A DNA stretch of 64,000 nucleotides, taken from NCBI GenBank assembly GCA_963662335.2, contig CAXXVD010000001.1, forward strand, positions 224,001 to 288,000, in the 5' to 3' direction. Below, in pieces: positions 10,347 through 22,755 of the stretch. Under the pieces are notes generated by a model. It was given only the letters and a program-made list of their open reading frames with translations. It was not told where the DNA came from and made no database searches. The translations under genes and the position numbers were made by a program. The stretch is from Chloroflexota bacterium. Its GTDB lineage: Bacteria > Chloroflexota > UBA11872 > VXOZ01. Positions within the stretch are counted from its first letter, which is position 1; each line of letters opens with the position of its first letter.

Positions 10347-11396
10347 CTACGCCAGCGAGACCATTTGGCCGGTATCGCCCGACTCGTAGATCGCGTCCAC
10401 AATGCGCTGCACCGTCAGCGCCTCTTCCGCTTTCACCAGCGGCGGCGTGCCCTCTTTCACATTCTTGACAACTTGGGCAAACTGGCCTTCGTGATTGTGC
10501 TCCTTGCCTTCTTCATGCCCCGGCGTGCTGTCCAGCAAGCCCACGTGCGGCACCTCTTTGAAGATCTTGAGAGGTCGCAGCGTCGCGCCGCCTTCGGTGC
10601 CGCAGAGATAGGCGTTGACTTCATTCGCGATGTTAAGCGCCCAACTGGTCTCCAGATTGATCACCGCGCCGGTGTCGAAGCGGATTTGCGCCGTGGTGAA
10701 GTCCTCAACCGTGTACCGCTCTTGGTCCGCCTCTCTGCCGCGCGTAAACAAGCCGGGCCGCTTTGCCAGTTTCGTGAAGACCGCGCCGGTCACCGCCGTC
10801 GGTTTGGGGTGCCCCATGAGCCACAACGTCAGGTCGAGGGTGTGCACGCCGATGTCGATGAGCGGCCCACCGCCGTTCTTGTCCTTCTCCACGAAGACGC
10901 CCCACCAGGGAATGCCGCGCCGCCGCAGCGCCAGCACGCGCGCGTAATAGATTTCGCCCAGTTCGCCTTGTTCGATGAGATGCTTGAGAAACTGCGCCCG
11001 CTCGCCAAAGCGCGACTGGAAGCCGATCGTCAGCATCTTGTCGTTCCGCTTGGCGGCGGCGATCATCTCCTCGCACTCGGCGGCGTTCATCGCCATGGGC
11101 TTCTCGCAGATGACGTTGGCGCCGGCATTTAGCGCCGCCACGGTCGCGTCCCGGTGCATGAAAGGCGGCGTGCAGACGCTCACCAGGTCCAGGTCTTCCT
11201 TGGCGACCATCTCGTTGAAGTCGGCGTAGACCGCGCCGACGCCAAATTCGTCCGCCACGTCCCGCGCGCGGGGCACGTCCACGTCGCTGATGGCGACCAC
11301 CGTCGCTTCCTCGGGAATCTTCGCGTACCCCGGCAGATGGGCGCCGCGGGCTATGCCGCCGGCGCCGATGACACCGACCCGCACCTTGCTGCTCAT
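10347..11396 (-). CDS. Gfo/Idh/MocA family oxidoreductase
   Basis: GAGGIA, CEKPMA, GGGPLIDIGVH. Confidence 0.9.
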   Translation of the reverse strand: MSSKVRVGVIGAGGIARGAHLPGYAKIPEEATVVAISDVDVPRARDVADEFGVGAVYADFNEMVAKEDLDLVSVCTPPFMHRDATVAALNAGANVICEKPMAMNAAECEEMIAAAKRNDKMLTIGFQSRFGERAQFLKHLIEQGELGEIYYARVLALRRRGIPWWGVFVEKDKNGGGPLIDIGVHTLDLTLWLMGHPKPTAVTGAVFTKLAKRPGLFTRGREADQERYTVEDFTTAQIRFDTGAVINLETSWALNIANEVNAYLCGTEGGATLRPLKIFKEVPHVGLLDSTPGHEEGKEHNHEGQFAQVVKNVKEGTPPLVKAEEALTVQRIVDAIYESGDTGQMVSLA

Positions 11397-11488
11397 TGCA
11401 TGCTCCTCGTTCAGCTTCAGGCCGATTGCGTTTCTCTAGTATACATTGACGCCGCCCAGACCGCCGCCGTACGATGAAAAGAGCACCA

Positions 11489-12673
11489 ATGAAGGGACGT
11501 TACGTGATTCTCCTGGCCGGCGGTACCGTCTACACCCCGCTGCAAGAACTTCCGCAGACCGGCGTTGCCATCGACGCGGGCCGCATCGCGCGCGTGGCGC
11601 CCGCCGCAGACTGCGCCGACCTTGCCGGAACTGCTGAAACAATCGACGTATCCGGCTGCATCGTCTGTCCCGGCTTCATCGACATGCACGTGCACGGCGC
11701 TTTGGGGGCGTCGTTCGGCGCCGGCGACGTGGCGGACGTCCACCGCATTACGGACTACCGCGCGCAGACGGGCACGACCGGACTCCTGGCTACGATTGGC
11801 ACCGCTTCTTGGGACGACACGGTCGCGGCATTGCGGGCCGTGGCGCAGGCTGCTTCCGCGCCGGCCGGCAGCCGCGTGCTTGGCGTCCACATGGAAGGCC
11901 CGTACCTCAGTCCCGAACGCCCTGGCGCGATGCGTGTGCCGCTCATGCGCGCGCCTGACCCGGATGAGGTCTCCTTGCTTCAGGACATCGCGCGCGGCAT
12001 GATAAAGGTGATGACCGTCGCGCCGGAGCGGGAAGGCGGCCTGGCGTTGGTGGAACACCTTGCCAAGCTGGGCATCGTGCCTGCCATCGGCCACTCCGAC
12101 GCCACGTTCGACCAGGTAGCGGCGGCGGTGCGCAGCGGCGCAAGCCAGGCCACGCACACCTTCAACGCCATGCGCCCGCTGCACCACCGCGACCCCGGCA
12201 CGGTCGGCGGCGTGCTGGCGCATCCGCAGATTACAGCCGAATTGATTGGCGACGGCGCGCACGTTGACCCCCAGGCGGGCAAACTGCTCATCGCGGCGAA
12301 AGGCTGGGAGCGCGTGGCGCTGGTCACCGACGGCGTGGAGTTTTCCGGCCTGGAGCCGGGCACGTATGAGCGGAAGAGCGGCGCTACGGTAACGGTCTCG
12401 GACGTGCTCGCCACCCGCGACGATGGTACGATAACCGGGAGCGCCTCGCCCATGAATCGAAACGTGCGGGTGTACGCGGAGACCGGCGTGCCGCTGCCCC
12501 ACGCGCTCGCCATGGCGAGTTTCGTGCCGGCGCGACAACTGGGCTTCGGCAATCGCAAAGGGACGATACGCCCCGGCGCGGACGCCGACGTGGCCGTGCT
12601 CAGCCAGGACTTTCAGGTGATGCTGACGATAATCGGCGGCGAGATTGCGTACCGCGCGGCGGAACTAGCGTAG
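11489..12673 (+). CDS. nagA: N-acetylglucosamine-6-phosphate deacetylase
   Basis: PGFIDMHVHG, HMEGPY, GHSDA, THTFNAM, VTDG; alternative start at 11474. Confidence 0.9.
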   Translation: MKGRYVILLAGGTVYTPLQELPQTGVAIDAGRIARVAPAADCADLAGTAETIDVSGCIVCPGFIDMHVHGALGASFGAGDVADVHRITDYRAQTGTTGLLATIGTASWDDTVAALRAVAQAASAPAGSRVLGVHMEGPYLSPERPGAMRVPLMRAPDPDEVSLLQDIARGMIKVMTVAPEREGGLALVEHLAKLGIVPAIGHSDATFDQVAAAVRSGASQATHTFNAMRPLHHRDPGTVGGVLAHPQITAELIGDGAHVDPQAGKLLIAAKGWERVALVTDGVEFSGLEPGTYERKSGATVTVSDVLATRDDGTITGSASPMNRNVRVYAETGVPLPHALAMASFVPARQLGFGNRKGTIRPGADADVAVLSQDFQVMLTIIGGEIAYRAAELA

Positions 12674-12678
12674 GGACA

Positions 12679-13629
12679 GTGAGCATGACCGGCATCGGCA
12701 TCGACATTGGCGGCACCAAAGTCGCCGCCGGCCTCGTGGATGCCAGCGGCGGCATCCTGGCCACCGCCCGCGCGCCCATCGCCAAAGACTCCCACGCCAC
12801 GATTATGGAGAGTATCTGCGCGGTTGTCGACGACCTGCTCGGCCAGGCGAGCGAGCAGCCAAGCGCGATCGGCATCGCCGTGCCCGGCACGGTGGACCGG
12901 GAGCGCGGCATCGCCGTGTCTGCCGTAAACGTCGGTTGGAAGAACCTGCCGCTGGTTTCCCTCTTGCAAGAGCGCTACGGCCTGCCCGGCGTGATCGCCA
13001 ATGACGCCAACGCCGGCGCGTGGGGCGAGTATGCGTTTGGCGCCGGCAAAGACAACGAGAACCTGGTCTACGTCACCGTTGGCACCGGCATTGGCGGCGG
13101 CATCATCGAAGCCGGACGGGTGGTGCGCGGCAGCGGCGCCGCCGGCGAGATCGGCCACATCCTGGTGCAGCCGGGCGGCCCGCTCTGCAACTGCGGCGTG
13201 CGCGGCTGTTTGGAATCGCTGGCCGCCGGGCCCGGCATCGCCCGCCGGGGACGGGAAGCCGCCACGCGGGAACCCACCGAGACGGTGCTGCGCCTCACGG
13301 ACGGCAACCTCGACAACCTGACCAGCGTCACCGTGCGCGACGCCGCCGCGGCGGGCGACCCGGTGATGCGGCAGGTGCGCGACGACACCGCCCGCTGGCT
13401 GGCGATCGGCTGCCAGATCTGCCAGCAACTCTTCGCGCCGGAGTGCATCGTGTTCGGCGGCGGCGTGATGCAGGACGGCGGAGACTTGATCCAGGGAATA
13501 CGCGCGTGGTTTCAACGGCTGGCCGGCAGCGAACATCCCGATATAGAGTCTTTCATCCGTCTCGCGGCGGTGGACGAGCACGCCGGCATCCTGGGCGCGG
13601 CGGCGCTTGTGCTCCAGCCGGAGGACTAG
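12679..13629 (+). CDS. ROK family sugar kinase
   Basis: GIDIGGTK, NDANAG, GTGIGGG, GEIGH, CNCGVRGCLE zinc motif; no HTH. Confidence 0.9.
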   Translation: MSMTGIGIDIGGTKVAAGLVDASGGILATARAPIAKDSHATIMESICAVVDDLLGQASEQPSAIGIAVPGTVDRERGIAVSAVNVGWKNLPLVSLLQERYGLPGVIANDANAGAWGEYAFGAGKDNENLVYVTVGTGIGGGIIEAGRVVRGSGAAGEIGHILVQPGGPLCNCGVRGCLESLAAGPGIARRGREAATREPTETVLRLTDGNLDNLTSVTVRDAAAAGDPVMRQVRDDTARWLAIGCQICQQLFAPECIVFGGGVMQDGGDLIQGIRAWFQRLAGSEHPDIESFIRLAAVDEHAGILGAAALVLQPED

Positions 13630-13681
13630 ACGGCGGGTCGAAGTGAGGGAGAGACCCGGTCTTGCGCTTGCGGCACGCATC

Positions 13682-14098
13682 ATGCTGGCGGCGCTTGCCA
13701 TTGCGGCCCTGGCCGCCTGCAACCCGCGCGGCGAACAGCCCGGCAATCTGGACGTGACTGTCGTTTCCGTTTCACCGCAGCCGGCGGCGGTGGGTGACGC
13801 GGAAATCACACTGGCAGTCCGCGACGCCGACGGCAACCCGCTGGAGGGCGCGACGCTCGAGGTGGAAGGCACGATGACCCACGCCGGCATGAGGCCCGTC
13901 ATCGTGGCCACCGAGTCTCTCGGCGCAGGCACATACGTCACCCAGGGCTTCACGTTCACCATGGGCGGCGACTGGGTCATCATCGTGCGCGCCACCCTCG
14001 CCGACGGCAGCACGGCGGAACAGCGCGTCGCTTTGAAAGGCGTCCAGGGCGAGATTCAGATGGACACGAGATCCGAAAAAGCCAAGGAGAGCAACTGA
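13682..14098 (+). CDS. FixH/YtkA-like lipoprotein
   Basis: Lipobox LAAC; EGTMTHAGM and FTMGGDW motifs. Confidence 0.7.
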   Translation: MLAALAIAALAACNPRGEQPGNLDVTVVSVSPQPAAVGDAEITLAVRDADGNPLEGATLEVEGTMTHAGMRPVIVATESLGAGTYVTQGFTFTMGGDWVIIVRATLADGSTAEQRVALKGVQGEIQMDTRSEKAKESN

Positions 14099-14100
14099 GC

Positions 14101-15690
14101 GTGGCTGCGGCGCGGACCCAGCCGTCGGGCCGGCGCGATCTCCTCGACGTGCCCGTAGTCGGGCGCTTTCTCCGCTGGAAGCACGCCCGCACGTCCATGC
14201 AGGCCGTGCTGCTGGCGGTTTCGGCCCTGATACTCTACGACGGCTTCTGGGGTCCGCAGCTTGCGCCCAAGAATCTCGCCGGTGTGCTCCCCTGGGTGCA
14301 CTGGCGCGGTTTCGCGGTGCTGGCGCTGCTGATCGCGGGCAACCTCTTCTGCATGGCCTGCCCGTTCATGCTGCCGCGCCGCCTGGCCAAGCGGCTCCTG
14401 CCCGCCAACCGCGCCTGGCCGCAGTTCATCCGCAGCAAGTGGCTGGCAATCGGCCTGCTCTTGCTCTTCTTCTGGGCCTACGAAGCGTACGACATCTGGG
14501 CCAGTCCCTGGCTGACCGCGTGGGTGGCGCTGGCCTACTTTGCCGCCGCCTTTGCCATCGACGGCATCTTCAAAGGCGCGGCCTTCTGCAAGTACGTCTG
14601 CCCCATCGGCCAGTTCCACTTCGTCAACGGGATGGTCTCGCCGCTGGAAGTCAAGGTGCGCCAACCTTCGATCTGCGGCTCGTGCCCGACGAAAGACTGC
14701 ATCAAGGGGCGGTACGCTCCGCGGTCCCAACTGCGTACCCTCCGTCATTCCGGCGAAAGCCGGAATCCATCTTCCGGCACACAGCTTCCTCGAGCCGCTG
14801 CACCCACCCCGTCCCAAACACCCGCCAAGTCTTCAACAGACGTCTCAACCCCTGCCGGCCTCCAGCTCGTCCAAACCGGCTGCGAACTCTGGCTCTTCCA
14901 GGAGCGCAAGTCCGGCAACATGGACTGCACCTTCTGCCTGGACTGCATCCAGGCCTGCCCATATGACAACGTGGGCATCCAACTGCGCGCTCCCACCAGC
15001 GAATTCCGCCGCCTGGACGCCTGGCGCTCCGGCGTCGGCGCGGCGGCGCAGCGCACCGACCTCGCGGCCCTGGTGGTCGTGCTCGTGTTCGCGGCCTTCG
15101 TGAACGCCTTTGGCATGGCGCCGCCGGTCTACGATCTGGAGCTGTGGCTCGCCGCGCAAATCGGCGTCGGCAGTGAGCCTGTCGTGCTTGCCGTGCTCTT
15201 CATAGCGGGCCTGGTGGCGTTGCCCTTTGCGCTGGTGGCGTCAGCGGCGTGGTGCAGCCGCGCCTTGGCCGGCGGCCCGGAATCAGTGGCGGCCACGGCC
15301 ACCCGCTACAGCTATGCGCTCGTGCCTATCGGCTTCGGCATGTGGCTGGCGCACTACGGCTTCCACTTCCTCATTGGCGCGCTAACGGCCATTCCCGTGA
15401 CGCAGAGCTTCCTGGCGGATTTCGGCATTCCCATTCTCGGCGCGCCGCAGTGGGAGTTGGCGGCCATTGTGCCCGATAGCTGGCTCGTGCCCCTCGAACT
15501 CCTGCTGCTGGAACTGGGCATGCTGGTCTCGTTGACGGTCGGCTACCGCATCGCGAGAGAACACCAACGCTCGGCGTCCGGCGCCGTCCGCGCGCTTGCG
15601 CCGTGGGCCGTGCTCATCGTGGCCCTCTTCGCCGTTGGCGCGTGGTTGATGATGCAGCCGATGGAAATGCGCGGCACGATGTTGGGGTAG
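14101..15690 (+). CDS. Membrane polyferredoxin (FesM/NapH/MauN-like) with in-frame palindromic insertion
   Basis: FCMACP, FCKYVCP, CGSCPTKDC, CTFCLDCIQACP, many TM helices; low-complexity insert at ~14715-14865. Confidence 0.8.
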   Translation: MAAARTQPSGRRDLLDVPVVGRFLRWKHARTSMQAVLLAVSALILYDGFWGPQLAPKNLAGVLPWVHWRGFAVLALLIAGNLFCMACPFMLPRRLAKRLLPANRAWPQFIRSKWLAIGLLLLFFWAYEAYDIWASPWLTAWVALAYFAAAFAIDGIFKGAAFCKYVCPIGQFHFVNGMVSPLEVKVRQPSICGSCPTKDCIKGRYAPRSQLRTLRHSGESRNPSSGTQLPRAAAPTPSQTPAKSSTDVSTPAGLQLVQTGCELWLFQERKSGNMDCTFCLDCIQACPYDNVGIQLRAPTSEFRRLDAWRSGVGAAAQRTDLAALVVVLVFAAFVNAFGMAPPVYDLELWLAAQIGVGSEPVVLAVLFIAGLVALPFALVASAAWCSRALAGGPESVAATATRYSYALVPIGFGMWLAHYGFHFLIGALTAIPVTQSFLADFGIPILGAPQWELAAIVPDSWLVPLELLLLELGMLVSLTVGYRIAREHQRSASGAVRALAPWAVLIVALFAVGAWLMMQPMEMRGTMLG

Positions 15691-15750
15691 GGAGACCATG
15701 GTCGCACGCTGCGGCGCAGTGCACGTACGGGGGACAAGGGGCAAGATTTA

Positions 15751-15978
15751 GTGAAAGGTTGGGGCTTGAGTCGCTTGCGAACCGCGATGCAGGCCGCCGC
15801 ACGGCGGCGCGGCAATCATCAGCGCCTATTCGCGGCGCCCCTGCTGCTGCCGGCGCACGGCGCGTTGGGCGTGTGGGACGAGGTAGCCGTGGGCGCGCTG
15901 CTGGTGGGCTGCGCAATCGCCTACGCGGTATGGTTCTACATCAGCGGACGCAATGAGAAGCCCGACGACACCGATTAG
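15751..15978 (+). CDS. Small single-TM membrane protein (start uncertain)
   Basis: AHGALGVWDE followed by a hydrophobic helix and charged tail; follows the FesM-like gene. Confidence 0.45.
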   Translation: MKGWGLSRLRTAMQAAARRRGNHQRLFAAPLLLPAHGALGVWDEVAVGALLVGCAIAYAVWFYISGRNEKPDDTD

Positions 15979-16074
15979 GCGCTGCTCGTCTAAGGGCCTG
16001 CTTATAATCGCCTTGACTGCACAAGCAACGTTCGCCCTGAGCCTGTCGAAGGGTGAACGAGACCGCCGCAAACG

Positions 16075-16983
16075 CTATTCGTCCGCCGTCAATTGCCGCA
16101 CCGGCGTTACAAGCAGTCCAATCTCGCCGATCTCGATCTCCACCACGTCGCCGGCTCGCAGCGCCGCCTCTTCCGTCACGATGATGCCCGTGCCCGTGCT
16201 CACCACCGTGCCCACCGGCGCCGGGTTATTGCGCACCAGGTACGCCGTCAGCGTCTCGAACGGATGCCGTATCTGGTCGGTATTCGCCGAGCCAGCAAAT
16301 ATCACCGCGCCGTCGCGGCGGATGCGCGCCGTAATCTCCAGGTGATACGGATCGGTAATCTCACCGGTAGTCACCAGCGTCGGCCCAAGAGCGGTACAAC
16401 CCAGGAAGATCTTGGACTGGGGCAGATAGAGCGGGTTCTCGCGTTCGATGTCCCACGCCGAGACGTCATCGCAAATAGTGTAGCCGATGATCTCGTTGTC
16501 GTAGCCGAGCACGTAGGCCAATTCCGGTTCCGGGGCCGTGAAGCGAGAGTCGACGCGGATGCCGATCGGCTCGCCGGGCCCGGCGCAGTGTTGCGTATCG
16601 CCCTTGTAGAAGATTTCCGGCCGCTCCGATTGGTAGACCTTGTCGTAGATGCCCATTGGCCCTTCCATGTCGGCGTCGCGGAACTCGGCGCTGCGCCGGT
16701 AGGTCACGCCGCAGCCCCACACCTGCGGCGGAAAGAGCGGCATGGTGAGCCGGGGTTCGCCCGGTTCCAGGAGTTCCTCGTAGGCGTGCGCCCCGCCCGT
16801 TGCCTCAGCCAGCCGGTCCGCGAGCACGTCATCCAGCGAGCGCCGCTGCCGGTGAGCCTCGTCCACGAAGTCAAGAGTCGTCGTCAGTTCCTGCGCAGGA
16901 TCAGTTATGTCGGTTACCCGTCCGTCCTCTACCACACCCACCCGCACGCTATTGTCTACTTCATAGAATTGGACCAGTTTCAC
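16075..16983 (-). CDS. Fumarylacetoacetate hydrolase family protein (XylX/KdaD-like dehydratase)
   Basis: WGCGVTY, ERPEIFYK, PEPEL, DVSAWDIERENPLYLPQSK, STGTG; GGAGAG RBS. Confidence 0.85.
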   Translation of the reverse strand: MKLVQFYEVDNSVRVGVVEDGRVTDITDPAQELTTTLDFVDEAHRQRRSLDDVLADRLAEATGGAHAYEELLEPGEPRLTMPLFPPQVWGCGVTYRRSAEFRDADMEGPMGIYDKVYQSERPEIFYKGDTQHCAGPGEPIGIRVDSRFTAPEPELAYVLGYDNEIIGYTICDDVSAWDIERENPLYLPQSKIFLGCTALGPTLVTTGEITDPYHLEITARIRRDGAVIFAGSANTDQIRHPFETLTAYLVRNNPAPVGTVVSTGTGIIVTEEAALRAGDVVEIEIGEIGLLVTPVRQLTADE

Positions 16984-17111
16984 GCTAACTCTCCTCCATT
17001 GACAGTTGGCTTCCCGCTTGCGCGGGAAACACGGACTGGAAGCGACTACGCAAGGGACATTATATGTCCTAGAAAGGCACTATCCTGGTAAGGGCGCTTG
17101 CGCGCGTGTCC

Positions 17112-17852
17112 CTATTCTACTGCTTTCACAATCCGCACTCCGTTGAGCGCCATGCTGTACAGAAAGACCAGGTGCAGCACGTCTCCGTCATGGGGCATCA
17201 CGCCGAGCGCCTGCGCCGCCGCTACCGGCAAGTCGTACGTCTGCACGCAGTCTTCCGGCACGACCACGTGGCAATCCCGCTGCGCGGCGTTGGCGGCCAG
17301 CCGCAAGTACATGGCCGTCTGGTAGACGCACAGATCGGTGCAGTCGCCCATAACGAGAAAGTACCGCACCGCGGGATGCCGTTCGAGCCAGTTCGCCAGC
17401 CCGGTGCCGTAAGCCGGGTGCAGCGAATTCTTGGCGATTACCGTGAAGGCCGCGGCGGCGGGCAAGGCCGTCAATTCCGGCACGGTGGCGGACTCCCGGT
17501 CACCGGCTACGCAGTGCGGCCCAAACTGCGCGAATTCCACCGCATCGGCATTGTGAGAATCTTGCGGTAACAGAAAGTGGCGCACGCCCAGCGCATGGCT
17601 GCGTTCGACGGCGTCCGCTACCGGAGAGATGAGTCCCTTGACCCGCTCGCCCGCCAACGGCCCGCTATGACAGAAGCCGTTGACCATGTCCACCACGAAC
17701 ACCGCGACGTTGCGCGCCGCGATGCCGTGAGCGGCCCAGTCGGCTGCCAAGTCAAGCGCTTCCAGACCGGCGCGCCAGTCCGCCAGGAACGCGAGAAACG
17801 CATCGCTGCTCGCATGCAGCGCTTTCGCCCGCTCCGGCATGAGCGTGCTCAC
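17112..17852 (-). CDS. Isochorismatase/nicotinamidase-family cysteine hydrolase
   Basis: VDMVNGF, QDSH, FGPHC, KNS, GDCTDLCV catalytic motifs. Confidence 0.85.
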   Translation of the reverse strand: MSTLMPERAKALHASSDAFLAFLADWRAGLEALDLAADWAAHGIAARNVAVFVVDMVNGFCHSGPLAGERVKGLISPVADAVERSHALGVRHFLLPQDSHNADAVEFAQFGPHCVAGDRESATVPELTALPAAAAFTVIAKNSLHPAYGTGLANWLERHPAVRYFLVMGDCTDLCVYQTAMYLRLAANAAQRDCHVVVPEDCVQTYDLPVAAAQALGVMPHDGDVLHLVFLYSMALNGVRIVKAVE

Positions 17853-17906
17853 GTGCCGCCTCCTGTCTTACAAATTGCGCCGCTCCGCCGCGTTCTGCCA
17901 CTCTTC

Positions 17907-18695
17907 TCAATCAGCCGGCGCGGGAAGGGTCACGCGAATCTCTTCACCCACGCCCACGTTCAGGGTACGCGCCGCGCTCTCGCTGGGCAAGGCTATTTCG
18001 ATACGTCCGCCGCTATTCACCACCGCCATCAGGCCATTGCCCGCGGCGTAGTGGGACATGATGCCGCATACCGCAAAGTCGCGCACACGAAAACCGGCGC
18101 GCTGCGGCTCCGGGCCGAGGTCTTCAAGCCGCAGGTTGGTAATCAAGTTCCCAAAGCGATCCACGTGGATTACTTCTGCCCTGATATCCTGGCCGCAGCG
18201 CTGCGGCCGCGGCCACGGCAGGCGCATCATGTCCGTACGCGTCGTTCCGAGTTCTTCAGCCTTAACGCCACGGGCGAGATGCGCGGCTACCGGCGCGAAA
18301 ACGTCGCGTCCGTTAAACGTGGCGCTGACCCGCGGCCGCCAGTACGCCGGCCTATCCAGCGTGAAGATGCGGGCCGCGCCGGACTCCGGGACTACGCCCG
18401 TCAACACGCCGTTGTCCGGCGCCGCGAACCGTCCCTGCTCAGTCTCGACCAGCAGCGCCGCCCGCGCGCTGCCCACGCCGGGGTCTACCACGACCACGTG
18501 TATCGAGTTTTGCGGAAAGTGCGGCAGCGCCGTCTCCAGCGCAAACGCCGCCGCCCGCACGTCCTGCGGCGGGACGTCGTGCGTGACGTCAACAATGCGC
18601 GCGTGGGGCGCCAAGCTCAGAATCACGCCCTTCAGCGCGCCCACGAACCCGTCCGCCGTGCCAAAGTCGGTGGTGAGGGTGATGATTGCTGCCAT
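17907..18695 (-). CDS. SAM hydrolase / SAM-dependent halogenase family (DUF62)
   Basis: TLTTDFG, VVDPGVG, APDNG, TFNGRDVF, DRFGN. Confidence 0.88.
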   Translation of the reverse strand: MAAIITLTTDFGTADGFVGALKGVILSLAPHARIVDVTHDVPPQDVRAAAFALETALPHFPQNSIHVVVVDPGVGSARAALLVETEQGRFAAPDNGVLTGVVPESGAARIFTLDRPAYWRPRVSATFNGRDVFAPVAAHLARGVKAEELGTTRTDMMRLPWPRPQRCGQDIRAEVIHVDRFGNLITNLRLEDLGPEPQRAGFRVRDFAVCGIMSHYAAGNGLMAVVNSGGRIEIALPSESAARTLNVGVGEEIRVTLPAPAD

Positions 18696-18734
18696 GAACC
18701 GTGAGGTGAGCCGGTTTTTCCGCGCGGCGCCTAC

Positions 18735-19469
18735 CTACGATTTCTCGCCCTCCGCTTTGCGTGTCGTCTGGGCACGGGAAGACGACCGTTGCCCTCGATT
18801 GGAGCCCGCCGACCGCCGACCGCCGCGCGAGCGGCCGGAGGCGGCCTGCCTCCCCCGCGACTGTCTGCCCCGCTGGACCGGCCGCGGCCACAGGTCCGCC
18901 GGCGTAAGCAGCGCCTTGAGATTCTCTTCCACCTGCTGGGCGTCGAGTTCTTCTGACTCCGTCGCCAACGCTACCGCTTGCTTGCTCAAGTTGCGGGTGG
19001 CGCGCTTCTTCCACACCTTGCCCAACGTCTCGACCAACTGTGTCTCGTACTGCTGTCGCCACTCCGCTTGATAGTGAAAGTCGACCGGCTGCGCCATGAC
19101 GCCCGTCTGCGCCAGGCAGCGCGCCATGACGGTATTGGCAAGCTCTTCCCACTTCTTCCCCCGTGCGGCGGCGGCAAGCGCGAACAGGGCCGGCGGCTGC
19201 TTCGCTAGGGCTTCGGCGGCGTCCTGCGCCAGTTGCTCGTCATCCAATGCCGCCAGCGCCGCGGCGAGAGCCTGATACGGACCCAAGTCGCATTCGCCCG
19301 GCTCGAGCGCGGCCGCGGCCGCAATCGCGGCCCGCGCCCAACCCTGCGCCGCGTCCTTGTCCGCTTCCGCTTCCGCCTCCGCCAGCCGCTGCGCCTCCTG
19401 CGCGGCCACCACCACCTGCGTGGCCGGAACGTCATTCCAAACCAACGCCGGCAAACTCGTCGCATTCAT
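18735..19469 (-). CDS. Hypothetical helical protein with basic disordered C-terminus
   Basis: 244-aa ORF with coding-like GC3, co-oriented between valS and the DUF62 gene. Confidence 0.6.
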   Translation of the reverse strand: MNATSLPALVWNDVPATQVVVAAQEAQRLAEAEAEADKDAAQGWARAAIAAAAALEPGECDLGPYQALAAALAALDDEQLAQDAAEALAKQPPALFALAAAARGKKWEELANTVMARCLAQTGVMAQPVDFHYQAEWRQQYETQLVETLGKVWKKRATRNLSKQAVALATESEELDAQQVEENLKALLTPADLWPRPVQRGRQSRGRQAASGRSRGGRRSAGSNRGQRSSSRAQTTRKAEGEKS

Positions 19470-19682
19470 CGTATCGTCTCATCCTTCTGTATTTCGCTTG
19501 GAGCGATTCGGTTCAATTCTCCACTGCAACGGCCGTCAAATGGCTTCGCAATCCGCGCTTCGTGCGCGCCGGCCCTGCCACGGTACCGCGCGTTTGCTAC
19601 GTGCGTCCGCCGGCACGCTACCAACAATCCGCATTATCCCAGGCTTCACGACGGAAGGCTACCGCCCAGAGGCGGACAGCCT

Positions 19683-22379
<2,697 letters not shown>

Positions 22380-22440
22380 CCTCGCGCTGTCCTCTCTGGT
22401 ATTCACCGTGTCGAGCGGCACTGATTCTCGCGGTCTATAC

Positions 22441-22478
22441 AACAAAAAGCCCGCTCTCATCACCTGACGAAAGCGGCC
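22441..22478 (-). terminator. Intrinsic terminator-like hairpin between tRNA-Glu and valS
   Basis: Minus strand GCCGCTTTCGTCA-GG-TGATGAGAGCGGGC followed by TTTTTGTT. Confidence 0.55.
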
Positions 22479-22678
22479 AAACTACAGTAGAAATGGAGAG
22501 CCGCGCTGCTGCGCGCGCAGCCGAGCGCAACGCGGCCAGCCAATCAGAATCCTCGCAACTCTTTCTGTATGCGCGATACCCCACAGTCCATTGGAACCTA
22601 CCATGCAGATTACGGGCAATAGCCTCTACGCAAACAGACTTCACAACGAGCCGCCCGGCCGCTGTGAAGCCCCCACCT

Positions 22679-22755
22679 TGGTAGCGCATACGGGATTCGA
22701 ACCCGTGATCTCCGCCTTGAGAGGGCGGTGTCCTAGGCCTCTAGACGAATGCGCC
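22679..22755 (-). tRNA. tRNA-Glu (anticodon CTC)
   Basis: Minus strand GGCGCATTCGTCTAGAGGCCTAGGACACCGCCCT-CTC-AAGGCGGAGATCACGGGTTCGAATCCCGTATGCGCTACCA; cloverleaf, T-loop GTTCGAAT, encoded CCA. Confidence 0.96.

Noticed and set aside
22380-22678. T-box riboswitch or leader peptide upstream of valS
   Set aside because: A terminator hairpin is present, but I found no GGTGGNACC T-box motif and no convincing Val-rich leader with its own start; it may simply terminate the tRNA-Glu transcript.
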